Source: Wolbachia endosymbiont strain TRS of Brugia malayi (GTDB taxonomy: Bacteria; Pseudomonadota; Alphaproteobacteria; Rickettsiales; Anaplasmataceae). From it: a stretch of DNA of 32,000 bases. Shown here piece by piece: positions 1 to 8,151 of this stretch. The notes under the pieces are model-generated. The model was not told where the DNA came from, did not search any database, and was given only the letters and a program-made list of their open reading frames with translations. Positions within the stretch are counted from its first letter, which is position 1. Each line of letters begins with the position of its first letter. The translations under genes were made by a program, and so were the position numbers. Location of the stretch: positions 480,001-512,000 of the forward strand of contig NC_006833.1 in NCBI RefSeq assembly GCF_000008385.1, in the 5' to 3' direction.

Positions 1-1254
1 ACCAGGATTATTACCCAACTTTTCAACGTGATATAAGTATTCAATGTCAGGACCGATGCTTGCAATAGGAAAATTACCTTGTAAATATCTTTTTCTTATA
101 CGCGCATTAATAATAGGTGCCTCTACTTTGGGATTTGTGTTTATAAGTAGGCATAGATCTACATTTTCTATACCTTCGATAGTGGTATTGAACACATATG
201 ACCCACGATTATTTGGTATAAGTTTTGCTCCATCCTGTCTGCAATCTATATTTGATGAACCGAGCTTCTGCATAATTTCTTTCAGTAGAAGCATAGACTC
301 ACAATCCGCTAAATCGCCTGCAATGGCAGCTATTTTGTTCGGTTTTGTACTCCTTAGTTTTTTTGCAGCAACAGTTAGTGCTTCATTCCAATCAGCTGGA
401 ACTAACCTATTGTCTCTCTTTATATATGGTTGATCGAGGCGTTGCACTTTGAGTCCATCATAAGCAAAACGAGTTTTATCTGATATCCATTCCTCGTTTA
501 CTTCTTCATTGAGTCTTGGCAGTATTCGCATAACTTCTGGACCACGATAATCAACTCTAATACTGCTTCCCACAGCATCAAGTACATCTATAGTTTCACA
601 GTGTGATAGCTCCCATGGACGTGCTGTAAAAGAGTAAGGTTTTGAAGTTAAAGCCCCTACAGGACAAAGATCTATTATATTTCCAGATAATTCAGAGCTA
701 ATGTGTTTTTTTATGTAAGTGCTGATTTCCATATTCTCTCCTCTTCCAATTCCTCCAAGTTCGTTTGTACCTGCAACGTCAGACAAGAATCTAATACACC
801 GAGTACAATGAATGCATCGATTCATCGCAGCTTCAATCAGTTGCCCAAAATGTTTTTTTGGTATAGCTCTTTTATGCTCATCAAACCTGCTGTTTCCTTT
901 TCCATAGACCACAGTTATATCTTGCAAATCGCACTCACCACCTTGATCACAAATTGGACAATCAAGCGGATGGTTGATTAGTAAAAACTCGAGCACTCCT
1001 TCACGTGCCTTTTTGACTTTAGGGGTGTCAGTGTAAATAACCATACCTTCTGCAACTGGCATTGCACAGGAGGCTACTGGTTTTGGAGGTCCACCTTTCA
1101 CTTCAACCAGACACATTCTGCAGTTACCTGCAATTGCTAAACGCTCATGGTAACAGAAGCGTGGAATTTCAACGCCCACGGTTTCACAAGCTTGAATTAT
1201 AGTAAGCCCAGGCTTTACTTCACATTCCTGAGAATTAATAGTAATTTTAACCAC
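1..1254 (-). CDS. nuoG: NADH-quinone oxidoreductase subunit G, N-terminal about 418 codons; the 3' end runs off the window
   Basis: Absent from the ORF track because it is open at the window edge. My minus-strand translation from GTG at 1254 reads VVKITINSQECEVKPGLTIIQACETVGVEIPRFCYHERLAIAGNCRMCLVEVKGG...LINHPLDCPICDQGGECDLQD...CIHCTRCIRF...CPVGALTSKPYSF. These are the 2Fe-2S and 4Fe-4S Cys motifs typical of NuoG. The frame stays open to position 1. Confidence 0.9.
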   Translation of the reverse strand, partial: MVKITINSQECEVKPGLTIIQACETVGVEIPRFCYHERLAIAGNCRMCLVEVKGGPPKPVASCAMPVAEGMVIYTDTPKVKKAREGVLEFLLINHPLDCPICDQGGECDLQDITVVYGKGNSRFDEHKRAIPKKHFGQLIEAAMNRCIHCTRCIRFLSDVAGTNELGGIGRGENMEISTYIKKHISSELSGNIIDLCPVGALTSKPYSFTARPWELSHCETIDVLDAVGSSIRVDYRGPEVMRILPRLNEEVNEEWISDKTRFAYDGLKVQRLDQPYIKRDNRLVPADWNEALTVAAKKLRSTKPNKIAAIAGDLADCESMLLLKEIMQKLGSSNIDCRQDGAKLIPNNRGSYVFNTTIEGIENVDLCLLINTNPKVEAPIINARIRKRYLQGNFPIASIGPDIEYLYHVEKLGNNPG

Positions 1255-1267
1255 AAGTTTAAACCTA

Positions 1268-1480
1268 CTATACAGCTTCCCACTTTATAGGGTTACCGCT
1301 CACTTCATCTTCAACTAGATTGCCATTATCATATTGAGCAGATATATAATTCATGCGTGAATCACGGTCTATATATCTGACCGGTTTTACTGGCTTATTT
1401 TTATACATTTTTTGTTCTGCTTTTTTACGTTGAGTAGGGTTATTTTTACTAGCTGTTTTCGCTTTTCCGTCTGCTGCCAT
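1268..1480 (-). CDS. small basic hypothetical protein (70 aa) immediately upstream of nuoG
   Basis: ORF track entry. AGGAG lies 5 nt upstream of the ATG (rc of 1486-1490) and there is a 13-nt gap to the nuoG start. I recognise no family. Confidence 0.5.
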   Translation of the reverse strand: MAADGKAKTASKNNPTQRKKAEQKMYKNKPVKPVRYIDRDSRMNYISAQYDNGNLVEDEVSGNPIKWEAV

Positions 1481-1506
1481 ATGAACTCCTAAAAACTTCT
1501 TATTTT

Positions 1507-1534
1507 ATTTTAAGACTTAAGTGTATAGCGTCAA
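1507..1534 (-). promoter_or_regulatory. candidate sigma70 promoter for the small ORF and nuoG (TTGACG-N16-TAAAAT)
   Basis: On the minus strand, TTGACG (1534-1529), a 16-nt spacer and TAAAAT (1512-1507) sit about 25 nt upstream of the ATG at 1480. Chance matches are common in AT-rich DNA. Confidence 0.35.
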
Positions 1535-1570
1535 TATTAAATAACTTTAAAGTTTTAATGAATAGCTAGA

Positions 1571-2115
1571 AATGCAAAAAGCTACTTGACAAATCTTGCC
1601 AACCACTATAGCACTGAAGTATTCAGTCATCTTTAATCTGTGCAGATTAAATAACAAAGTATCACGTAGTTAGCATCTTATGTTTAATTTTTTGCACTAT
1701 GTGCACCCTTACTTCTTTACAATATTTCTTAGGTTTTTACCTATATAAGCTGGAACGCGCTTATAAAGCATTTAAGACAGTATAGTACGCCAATTTGCAA
1801 GATTAGAGAGTAAACACTATCTGCTCGAGATATCTTTTGCCTTTTTTTCTATTTAATAAATCTCTTAATGTTTGTAGCTACTGTCATCCCGCTACTTGTT
1901 AGCAGGACCTAGAGATGCCACAAATGAATTGCGAGATAACGTAGGGCTGCGATACCCCAGCGCGTGATGCTGGTTTCTCATACTGAAAAACCATAGGATG
2001 ATAGAAAATGGTAAATAAACTTACTAGATTCCAGTGTCACGCACTGGAATAATAGGAGAAGAAGGTGCTGGTATGACACCATTTGCTATGTACATATTGT
2101 AACATTCGTACAGTT
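1571..2115 (+). repeat. dispersed composite intergenic repeat, copy A (module 1 at 1571-1850, module 2 at 1851-2115)
   Basis: Alignable by eye with 15705-16135, 22621-23020 and 30289-31066, and in reverse with 9837-10140 and 27341-27632. Starts with tacTTGACA (1586-1591) and TATAGC (1607-1612). Hairpin at 1632-1651. T tract at 1842-1848. Confidence 0.85.
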
Positions 2116-2447
2116 TTAGCAGATCGTTTTAAAAAGCAAACATTCATCATTCTCCTGCAAAATCCCCCACTGAGAAGTAACGCTACTTTAGCTAAAATAT
2201 GTTTTAAACTTCTGCTAAAACCAAGGCCATTATTATTAACTTTCGTAAAGGTTACACTCAAACTGCATCTCTGATGTTTGGCATATCATATTTAATGTTA
2301 AGCATTGAAATTTTGCTATTACCACAAGTATGAACATCGTTATATGATAACTTTATTGTGTAGCACTCTATATGCTTTTGCTACCGTACACTAAATCACC
2401 GGACTCTCCTTCTAATTCTACAAACTTCGTTTTTTTCTGATATTTCT

Positions 2448-2714
2448 TTATTTTATCAAATCCTTATCCAGTGATATCAAAATAGGCAGCGTATTTCCAA
2501 CATATCCTTTAGCTAAGAGTTCACTTTGAGGATACATGTTTATCTCCCTGCCATAATGAGAGTCTATAAAATAGTTAGAATAGAACTTATCTCCAGCATG
2601 TACGTACTCATTAGTGGCATAATACACACAACCGTAACTGAATTGAACTTTATAGTTCCCTACCTCGTTATTAAAAAAAATCATGAATGGCAGTGTAACT
2701 ACCAGAAACATCAT
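2448..2714 (-). CDS. hypothetical protein with a hydrophobic N-terminus (88 aa)
   Basis: ORF track only. No recognisable motif. The flanking sequence looks degraded, so this may be a gene remnant. Confidence 0.3.
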   Translation of the reverse strand: MMFLVVTLPFMIFFNNEVGNYKVQFSYGCVYYATNEYVHAGDKFYSNYFIDSHYGREINMYPQSELLAKGYVGNTLPILISLDKDLIK

Positions 2715-2818
2715 TTATGTAACCCACTACTTAACTCTTAAAGTCCTGAACTTACCATACCATACATAATTATACCAATCAACTAAAAAACCCTTTTTAA
2801 CTATCCTTTAGCAAGTAT

Positions 2819-3346
2819 CTAGGAAGCGTATTTGTAAGATTGCGACTTTCGTATCTCCCAGTTTTTCACATACTGCTGAACTAACTCAGGATAGTTTTTA
2901 ATAATTAATAAATTCTCAGCATTCCCTTTTTTAGCTGTCTTAGTAAGGTTAAATGATCCTGTGATGACCTTTTGATTATCAACAATTATTACCTTATTAT
3001 GGGCGATTTTTGGCTTATCGTCAATCCAAACTGGTATTCCATTTGAAAATAATTTATTGATAACACTATATTTTGAGTGAAGTTGTGATTTATCTAAAAT
3101 GACTTCAACATCAACGCTACGTTCTTTAGCATTAATCAAAGCCCTTGCAATTGTTTCAAGAGTAAACGTATATTCTTGAACTAAGACAGATTCTTTAGAT
3201 TGGTCTATTTCACTGATTATCAGTACAGCACAGTCTTCTCCAGGTGAAAAGCAAACCTTAGCTCTTGGACAAGGTGAAAGCACACGACCCGTACAGCAAT
3301 ACAGAAAAAAACATACTAACATAAATAAAAGGTATAAAAGCCTCAC
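2819..3346 (-). CDS. phospholipase D superfamily protein, Nuc-like single-HKD endonuclease/PLD with signal peptide
   Basis: HKD motif AHNKVIIVDNQKVITGSFNLT. The size (175 aa) and overall pattern (FSPGEDC...IDQSKES...AKERSVDVEVILD...GSFNLTKTA..NAEN) resemble the plasmid Nuc and rickettsial PLD type. Hydrophobic N-terminal leader MRLLYLLFMLVCFFLYCC. Confidence 0.85.
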   Translation of the reverse strand: MRLLYLLFMLVCFFLYCCTGRVLSPCPRAKVCFSPGEDCAVLIISEIDQSKESVLVQEYTFTLETIARALINAKERSVDVEVILDKSQLHSKYSVINKLFSNGIPVWIDDKPKIAHNKVIIVDNQKVITGSFNLTKTAKKGNAENLLIIKNYPELVQQYVKNWEIRKSQSYKYAS

Positions 3347-3386
3347 AACCTACACCTGAATATATGGTGACAAGCTACATCATAGC

Positions 3387-4874
3387 TTAATCATCTGTCA
3401 ATCCATATTCGTCCCACTTCTCTGTAACCTTTTTTACTATTTCTTCACTCATTTCAATCTTCTTTCCCCATTCCCGTTTAGTTTCAGGTGGCATTTTGTT
3501 TGTTGCATCAAATCCCATTTTACCTCCAAGCCCACTTTCAGGAGAGGCAAAATCTAAATAATCAATTGGGGCATTCTCTATCATGACCGTATCACGTACA
3601 GGATCCATTCTCGTCGATATTGCCCACATAACTTCCTTCCAATCACGTATATTTATGTCGTCATCAACAACTATAATAAATTTTGTGTATAAAAACTGCT
3701 TGAGAAAAGAAAATATGCCCATAATAATTCTTTTCGCATGTCCAGGATAAGATTTTTTTACCGACACTACTGCTATTCTGTAGGAACAACCCTCTGGCGG
3801 CAGATAAAAATCCACTATCTCCGGAAATTGGTTGATAAGAATCGGCACAAAAATTTCGTTGAGTGCTTCACCAAGAATTGATGGTTCATCTGGTGGCTTA
3901 CCAGTGAAAGTGCTAAGATAAATCGGGTTCTTGCGCATTGTAATTGCAGTAATATTAAACTCAGGAAACTGCTCAACAGAATTATAGTAACCTGTATGAT
4001 CTCCGTATGGCCCTTCATTTCGATAGCTATCTAAACTCACATAGCCTTCCAGAACAATTTCCGCGTGAGCTGGCACTTGAAGTGATATAGTCTTACAATT
4101 TACAAGTTCAAGGGGCTTCTTTCGCAGCAGTCCAGCGAATTGGTATTCCGACAATGTTTCTGGCACCGGAGTTACTGCAGCAATAAGTGTTGCAGGATCA
4201 CTACCGATTACAGCAGCAGCAGGAAACTTTATACTTCGCCCATTCTCTTTCCATCGTTTATGGTGGCTTGCCCCACCACGGTGCGCAAGCCAGCGCATTA
4301 GAGTCGTTTTTTTATCCATGACCTGCATACGATATATTCCAAGATTAAAATTATCCTGTTTGTCTTCCGTTGGCCCTTTTGTTATCACAATCGGCCAAGT
4401 GATAAGTGGTGCAGGTTCATTTGGCCAGCATGTCTGAATGGGCAGCAAACTGAGATCCACATCATCCCCAGTTAACACCACTTCTTGACATGGAGCTTTG
4501 TTCACGATTTTACTTCGCATCGACAACACAACTTTTAGCAGAGGAAACATTTTTATGACATCTTTGAGGTTTTTTGGCGGCTCAGGTGATTGCAAAAATG
4601 CCAAAAGTTTACCAAGATCTCTTAGTTCACCAGGGCTTATGTTCAACCCAAAAGCGATTCTCTCAATAGTACCAAATAAATTTACCAAAACCGGAATCAC
4701 ACTTTTGCCATTTTCCGTGACAACATTTTCAAAAATGATAGCTGGTCCTTTGTTTAACGAAACTCTGCGGTGAATTTCTGTCATTTCAAGAATCGTTGAA
4801 ACCTCTTTCTTAATCCTAATCAAATCCCTTTTTTTCTCTAAGGCTTCAATGAAGTCGCGTAAATTGTTGTACAT
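3387..4874 (-). CDS. ubiD: UbiD-family decarboxylase (4-hydroxy-3-polyprenylbenzoate decarboxylase)
   Basis: 495 aa. N-terminus [25 protein letters not shown] and a length typical of UbiD, with internal motifs such as NLGIYRMQV and [10 protein letters not shown]. Only a 40-nt gap to the downstream PLD gene, so co-transcription is likely. Confidence 0.9.
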   Translation of the reverse strand: MYNNLRDFIEALEKKRDLIRIKKEVSTILEMTEIHRRVSLNKGPAIIFENVVTENGKSVIPVLVNLFGTIERIAFGLNISPGELRDLGKLLAFLQSPEPPKNLKDVIKMFPLLKVVLSMRSKIVNKAPCQEVVLTGDDVDLSLLPIQTCWPNEPAPLITWPIVITKGPTEDKQDNFNLGIYRMQVMDKKTTLMRWLAHRGGASHHKRWKENGRSIKFPAAAVIGSDPATLIAAVTPVPETLSEYQFAGLLRKKPLELVNCKTISLQVPAHAEIVLEGYVSLDSYRNEGPYGDHTGYYNSVEQFPEFNITAITMRKNPIYLSTFTGKPPDEPSILGEALNEIFVPILINQFPEIVDFYLPPEGCSYRIAVVSVKKSYPGHAKRIIMGIFSFLKQFLYTKFIIVVDDDINIRDWKEVMWAISTRMDPVRDTVMIENAPIDYLDFASPESGLGGKMGFDATNKMPPETKREWGKKIEMSEEIVKKVTEKWDEYGLTDD

Positions 4875-4900
4875 AACTTAAAACAAATCTTCTAGTGTAA

Positions 4901-6348
4901 TCACTGATATACCATATTTTTTAGATATTGGTTCTCAGAAGCTCTATTTGCAGCAATTAACACCCAGAATATCTGCTTCTTTGGCCTCTTTTTTTCTCTA
5001 TAAACTGCTTTCTTTCTCTTTAACTGTTCAACAAATTCTTTTGTTACCACATAAAGTTTATCATTATACTTTATTTCACAGAGCATTGTACATCCATCTT
5101 CTCGATCAAAAACTAAGTCAATCTGAGCACCATTTCCTTTACTGTTTTTTTCTAGTTGATACTGCCAATCTCCACATATGACTGCTATATACTCTATATT
5201 TAATTTTCTTCTAATCTTATTAGCATGTTTAAAACACACCACTTTAAATGTTTGCCCTGTCCATGTTTGCCAGGCTGGCTTCTTTATCGCTAATTCCCAA
5301 TAGTGAGCATCACTTATTATTGCTCTTTTTATTACTTCCTTAAATAGTTCAATCCATGTTAGATAAATAATATATATTCGTCAATTACTCTATAACATAC
5401 CCCTCTCTTTCCTTTGTTTAGCAGCAAAAACCACTAATAAATCCTACTTCTTCTAAACTCCTTAATTTAGTGGTTAAGCGACCACCCTCAGCAATTTTAG
5501 TTGTTTCCGTAAATTCTTTTCTGCTGATTCCTTATTGTTTTTTTTGCAATCGCACGAATAATATTTAGACATGTCTTTGGCTCTTCATACAAAGAATGGA
5601 ATAGAATATCAAATTCATCAAATAATAAACTATCCCTCTGAAAACAGATTACATTAATATTTTGTGCTGCTGATAGTCCTTTGCTTATTTCCTTAAGATA
5701 ATACGGTATTTCTCCCATAGCTATATAAATCTGTAATATCTGTTGGTGATTAAGGCTGACTCCTAAATATCTTAGGTACTCTTTAGTTTCACATAAGTTA
5801 AAAGGTTGCAAAGAGGTATTCTTGCAGTAATACAATTATGCAATTCTCCTTTGGTATAAATTATACTTTCTAACATCCAAGAAGCCGCTGAACCACATAC
5901 AACCAAAATAAGTTCCTTTCCTGGTATGTCAACTTATATTCCAAAAATATTCTAATTCTTTTAGAAAATCAGATCTTCTTATAGCTAGCCACAACAATTC
6001 ATCAAAAAATAAGACAACTTGATCATTTTTACTTGTGTTATTAATAGTAAGTGTTAATTGATATAATGCACACATCCAGTTTTCAGGCACAGCCTTTTTG
6101 CACCTCTGTAGAAAGCTCTAGACAATGATTCTGCAAAGATTTCAAGCCTGCTCACTTAGATTACCTTTGTTAAGGCCTGTCTGCTCAAATATGATTACAC
6201 AATAATATTGGATAAAAAATCGTTTTATTAAATATGTTTTTCCTACACGATGCCGACCATAAACAGCAATAAATTCAGCAGATTGGAAACGAAGCCTATT
6301 TTCTAAAATGGCTATTTCCTTTTTTCTACCAATTATTAGTCCGTTCAT
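4901..6348 (-). pseudogene. fragmented ATPase (archaeal-type ATPase domain plus DUF234-like C-terminus), at least 3 frame breaks
   Basis: Three same-strand ORF pieces: 6142-6501, 5497-5835 and 4901-5242. The first contains MNGLIIGRKKEIAILENRL...FIAVYGRHRVGKTYLIKRF (Walker A). The last contains IDLVFDREDGCTMLCEIKYN, a DUF234-like tail. The total span equals one gene of about 480 aa. Confidence 0.7.
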
Positions 6349-6577
6349 ATAACTTAACGTCGTGCTTGTTAGCATTATACAGGCGGTTATAAGATAATTG
6401 ACTTTCTTTACCGCCGTATTTACAATCGCTATACGTGGCAGTAAAAGATAGAGCACTTTATAATTGGCCATTCTAACACGCTTTGTCCACCTGATCATCA
6501 AGTCCTTTGATGAATTCTATGATTGAGTTCCTCTGCGTAAAGTTTGCACTTGTGGCAAAATTAGCTATAACATACAC

Positions 6578-6606
6578 TTGATATAAATATTTTTATATAT
6601 TAATAT
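6578..6606 (+). promoter_or_regulatory. candidate sigma70 promoter for the DsbA-like gene (TTGATA-N17-TAATAT)
   Basis: TTGATA at 6578-6583, a 17-nt spacer and TAATAT at 6601-6606, about 70 nt upstream of the ATG at 6677. The AT-rich context lowers specificity. Confidence 0.35.
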
Positions 6607-6676
6607 AAAATTTTTTTTTTAGTATAGAAGTAAATGTATATTAAAAATTTTATATTGTAGGTCCTTTAATAAGTTT

Positions 6677-7435
6677 ATGTCTAGAATACCATTTTTATTG
6701 ATTTTAATAATAGTGATAGCAAGTTTACCAGTAATAAACAATTGGCTTTCATATCACAATCAAACTCTAAACGATGATTATATAGGTGAGAGACTAGATA
6801 ACTATATAAGTAGAAATTTTGACAAGATTATCAAAATTCTCCGTGAAGAATCAATCAAAAGCAATTACGCTGCTCGGGATAACGCAACTAAAGGTAAAAT
6901 TTTACAGTACGAAAATAAAATATTTGACCTCGCTTATCCTTATTTAGGAAATGAAAATAGCAATATTATAGCTGTAGGATTTTTTGACTATTCTTGTGGA
7001 TATTGCAAAGCCATAAAAGATGACATAAAACAGTTAATCAATGACGGCAAAATTAAGTACATCTTTAGGGATACTCCAATACTTGGTAACAACTCTTTAA
7101 AGGCAGCAAAAAGTGCTTTAGCTGTCTATTTTATTGATAAAGGAAAATATTTCGATTTTCACTATGCCATCTTAGATCACAAAGGAGAATTTTCAGATGA
7201 AAATATATTGGACATAGTAAAAAGCATAGGAATCAATGAGGATAACTTCAATAATTCTATGAAAAATAATGCAGGCAAAATTGAGCAAATGATAAATGAT
7301 AGCAAATTTTTAGTCAGGGAACTAGGAGCAGGTGGTACACCTTTTTTAATAATCGGAGACAGTCTGTTTATAGGAGCAACCGATTTGGATGTATTACGCA
7401 AAAAAGTAGACGAATTAAGCCACAAACAAAACTAA
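6677..7435 (+). CDS. DsbA-family thiol:disulfide oxidoreductase, exported
   Basis: Thioredoxin-fold active site FFDYSCGYCK (CxxC), the C-terminal GTPFLIIGD cis-Pro loop region, and an N-terminal hydrophobic anchor MSRIPFLLILIIVIASLPV. Confidence 0.8.
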   Translation: MSRIPFLLILIIVIASLPVINNWLSYHNQTLNDDYIGERLDNYISRNFDKIIKILREESIKSNYAARDNATKGKILQYENKIFDLAYPYLGNENSNIIAVGFFDYSCGYCKAIKDDIKQLINDGKIKYIFRDTPILGNNSLKAAKSALAVYFIDKGKYFDFHYAILDHKGEFSDENILDIVKSIGINEDNFNNSMKNNAGKIEQMINDSKFLVRELGAGGTPFLIIGDSLFIGATDLDVLRKKVDELSHKQN

Positions 7436-7454
7436 TTGTTATAAAATTTTATTT

Positions 7455-7560
7455 CTTTACTTGACAACCTAAGCAAGTTTGAGTATAGTAATTATAGATG
7501 TGATATACTATATAAGTAATGACACGTAGTATTAGTCTAATGTACTATTTTAGCAGGGTT
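7455..7560 (+). repeat. possible short, diverged fragment of the dispersed repeat (5' end only)
   Basis: ttctttacTTGACAacc...TATAGTaat followed by atgacacgtagtattagtctaatgt resembles copy A (gctacTTGACAaat...TATAGCact...tatcacgtagttagcatcttatgt). The similarity is weak beyond about 100 bp. Confidence 0.3.
7461..7489 (+). promoter_or_regulatory. near-consensus sigma70 promoter TTGACA-N17-TATAGT
   Basis: TTGACA at 7461-7466, an exact 17-nt spacer and TATAGT at 7484-7489. It points toward the GTA-like relic that starts at 7670. Confidence 0.4.
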
Positions 7561-7669
7561 TTAGGCTATTTTCATGTTACCCATTTAGCTACATAAAGTG
7601 CTCTCAAGCTATAACGTTTATATAACTTCTTTAATTAAACTATTTAAATTTTTTTCCACAAAAGAATAT

Positions 7670-8083
7670 ATGTCATTTACAGAAAATTAGATTTTCAGAA
7701 AATATATCCTATGGGTTCACTAAAGGACTGGAATCTTCTACCGACATTGTAATTACCCATAATGGTTATGAACAGCACAACATTTCAATTGACCAAAACC
7801 TATGCAAGTGAAAAGACAAGCATATATGCACAATTAAAAGCCAGTACATGGCATAGTAAAAATTTACCTGAACGGTAAAGAAGAGAGCGAATATTCAGTA
7901 AATTATTCAACGGGAGAAATAACGTTTATGAAACCACCAGTGAAAGGTATAATAATTATGGCAGGTTTTGAATTTGATGCGCCTACACACTTTGATACAG
8001 ATTACTTAAACGCTTCTATTGATAACTACGGCAGCAACAGCTGGAACAATATTCCCTTAGTGGAAGTGAAACATCAGTCATAG
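7670..8083 (+). pseudogene. relic of a DUF2460 / RcGTA ORFg12-like phage-tail-associated gene (frameshifted and internally deleted)
   Basis: ATG TCA TTT ACA GAA AAT TAG then, in the next frame, RFSENISYGFTKGLESSTDIVITHNGYEQHN. The C-terminal frame reads YLNGKEESEYSVNYSTGEITFMKPPVKGIIIMAGFEFDAPTHFDTDYLNASIDNYGSNSWNNIPLVEVKHQS*. Both ends match my recollection of the family pattern (MAFHEVRFP..LSFGS.GGP...TEIV...SG.E.RN ... GFEFDVPVRFDTD.L......IPLVEV). Confidence 0.6.
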
Positions 8084-8151
8084 AGCATAGACCTACATCA
8101 TATTACAAGCTTAAAGGCAACTGCTAACCTTATGTTTTGTATCCGCTCAGC

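Noticed and set aside
44-981. Plus-strand ORFs 44-433 and 703-981
   Set aside because: They lie antisense inside the clearly coding minus-strand nuoG frame, which has Fe-S Cys motifs throughout. Their translations are low-complexity and hydrophobic with no motifs, so they are shadow ORFs.
1679-1747. Possible short peptide starting at the conserved ATGTTTAATTTTTTGCAC inside repeat module 1 (MFNFLHY...)
   Set aside because: Copies A and D go out of frame relative to each other within 10 codons and stop at different places. Copy B has GTG with a different downstream frame. The conservation is at the nucleotide level, not the peptide level.
1790-1850. A canonical rho-independent terminator hairpin immediately before the conserved T tract of repeat module 1
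   Set aside because: A GCAGGAT...ATCTTTTGC pairing can be drawn in copies A, B and D, but it needs a bulge and G.U pairs, encloses a variable 25-30 nt segment, and is broken in copy C. The T tract is conserved but a terminator stem is not demonstrable by eye.
2037-2274. ORFs 2037-2261(-) and 2083-2274(+) in module 2 of repeat copy A, and ORF 30713-30898(-) in copy D
   Set aside because: They fall within the dispersed repeat. The homologous copies differ by indels that destroy the frames, so no coding constraint is visible.
2280-2450. Possible continuation of the 88-aa ORF past its stop (DKIKKYQKKTKFVELEGESGDLVYGSKSI in another frame), suggesting a pseudogene
   Set aside because: It is a short frame with no motif, and the join needs an arbitrary frameshift. 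The evidence is insufficient.
4498-5181. Plus-strand ORFs 4498-4773 and 4948-5181, minus ORF 3815-4018, and similar small ORFs inside pyrB, sucA, mutL, dsbA and the CDF gene
   Set aside because: All overlap strongly supported genes or pseudogenes, either on the opposite strand or in an alternative frame, and they lack motifs. They are typical spurious ORFs.
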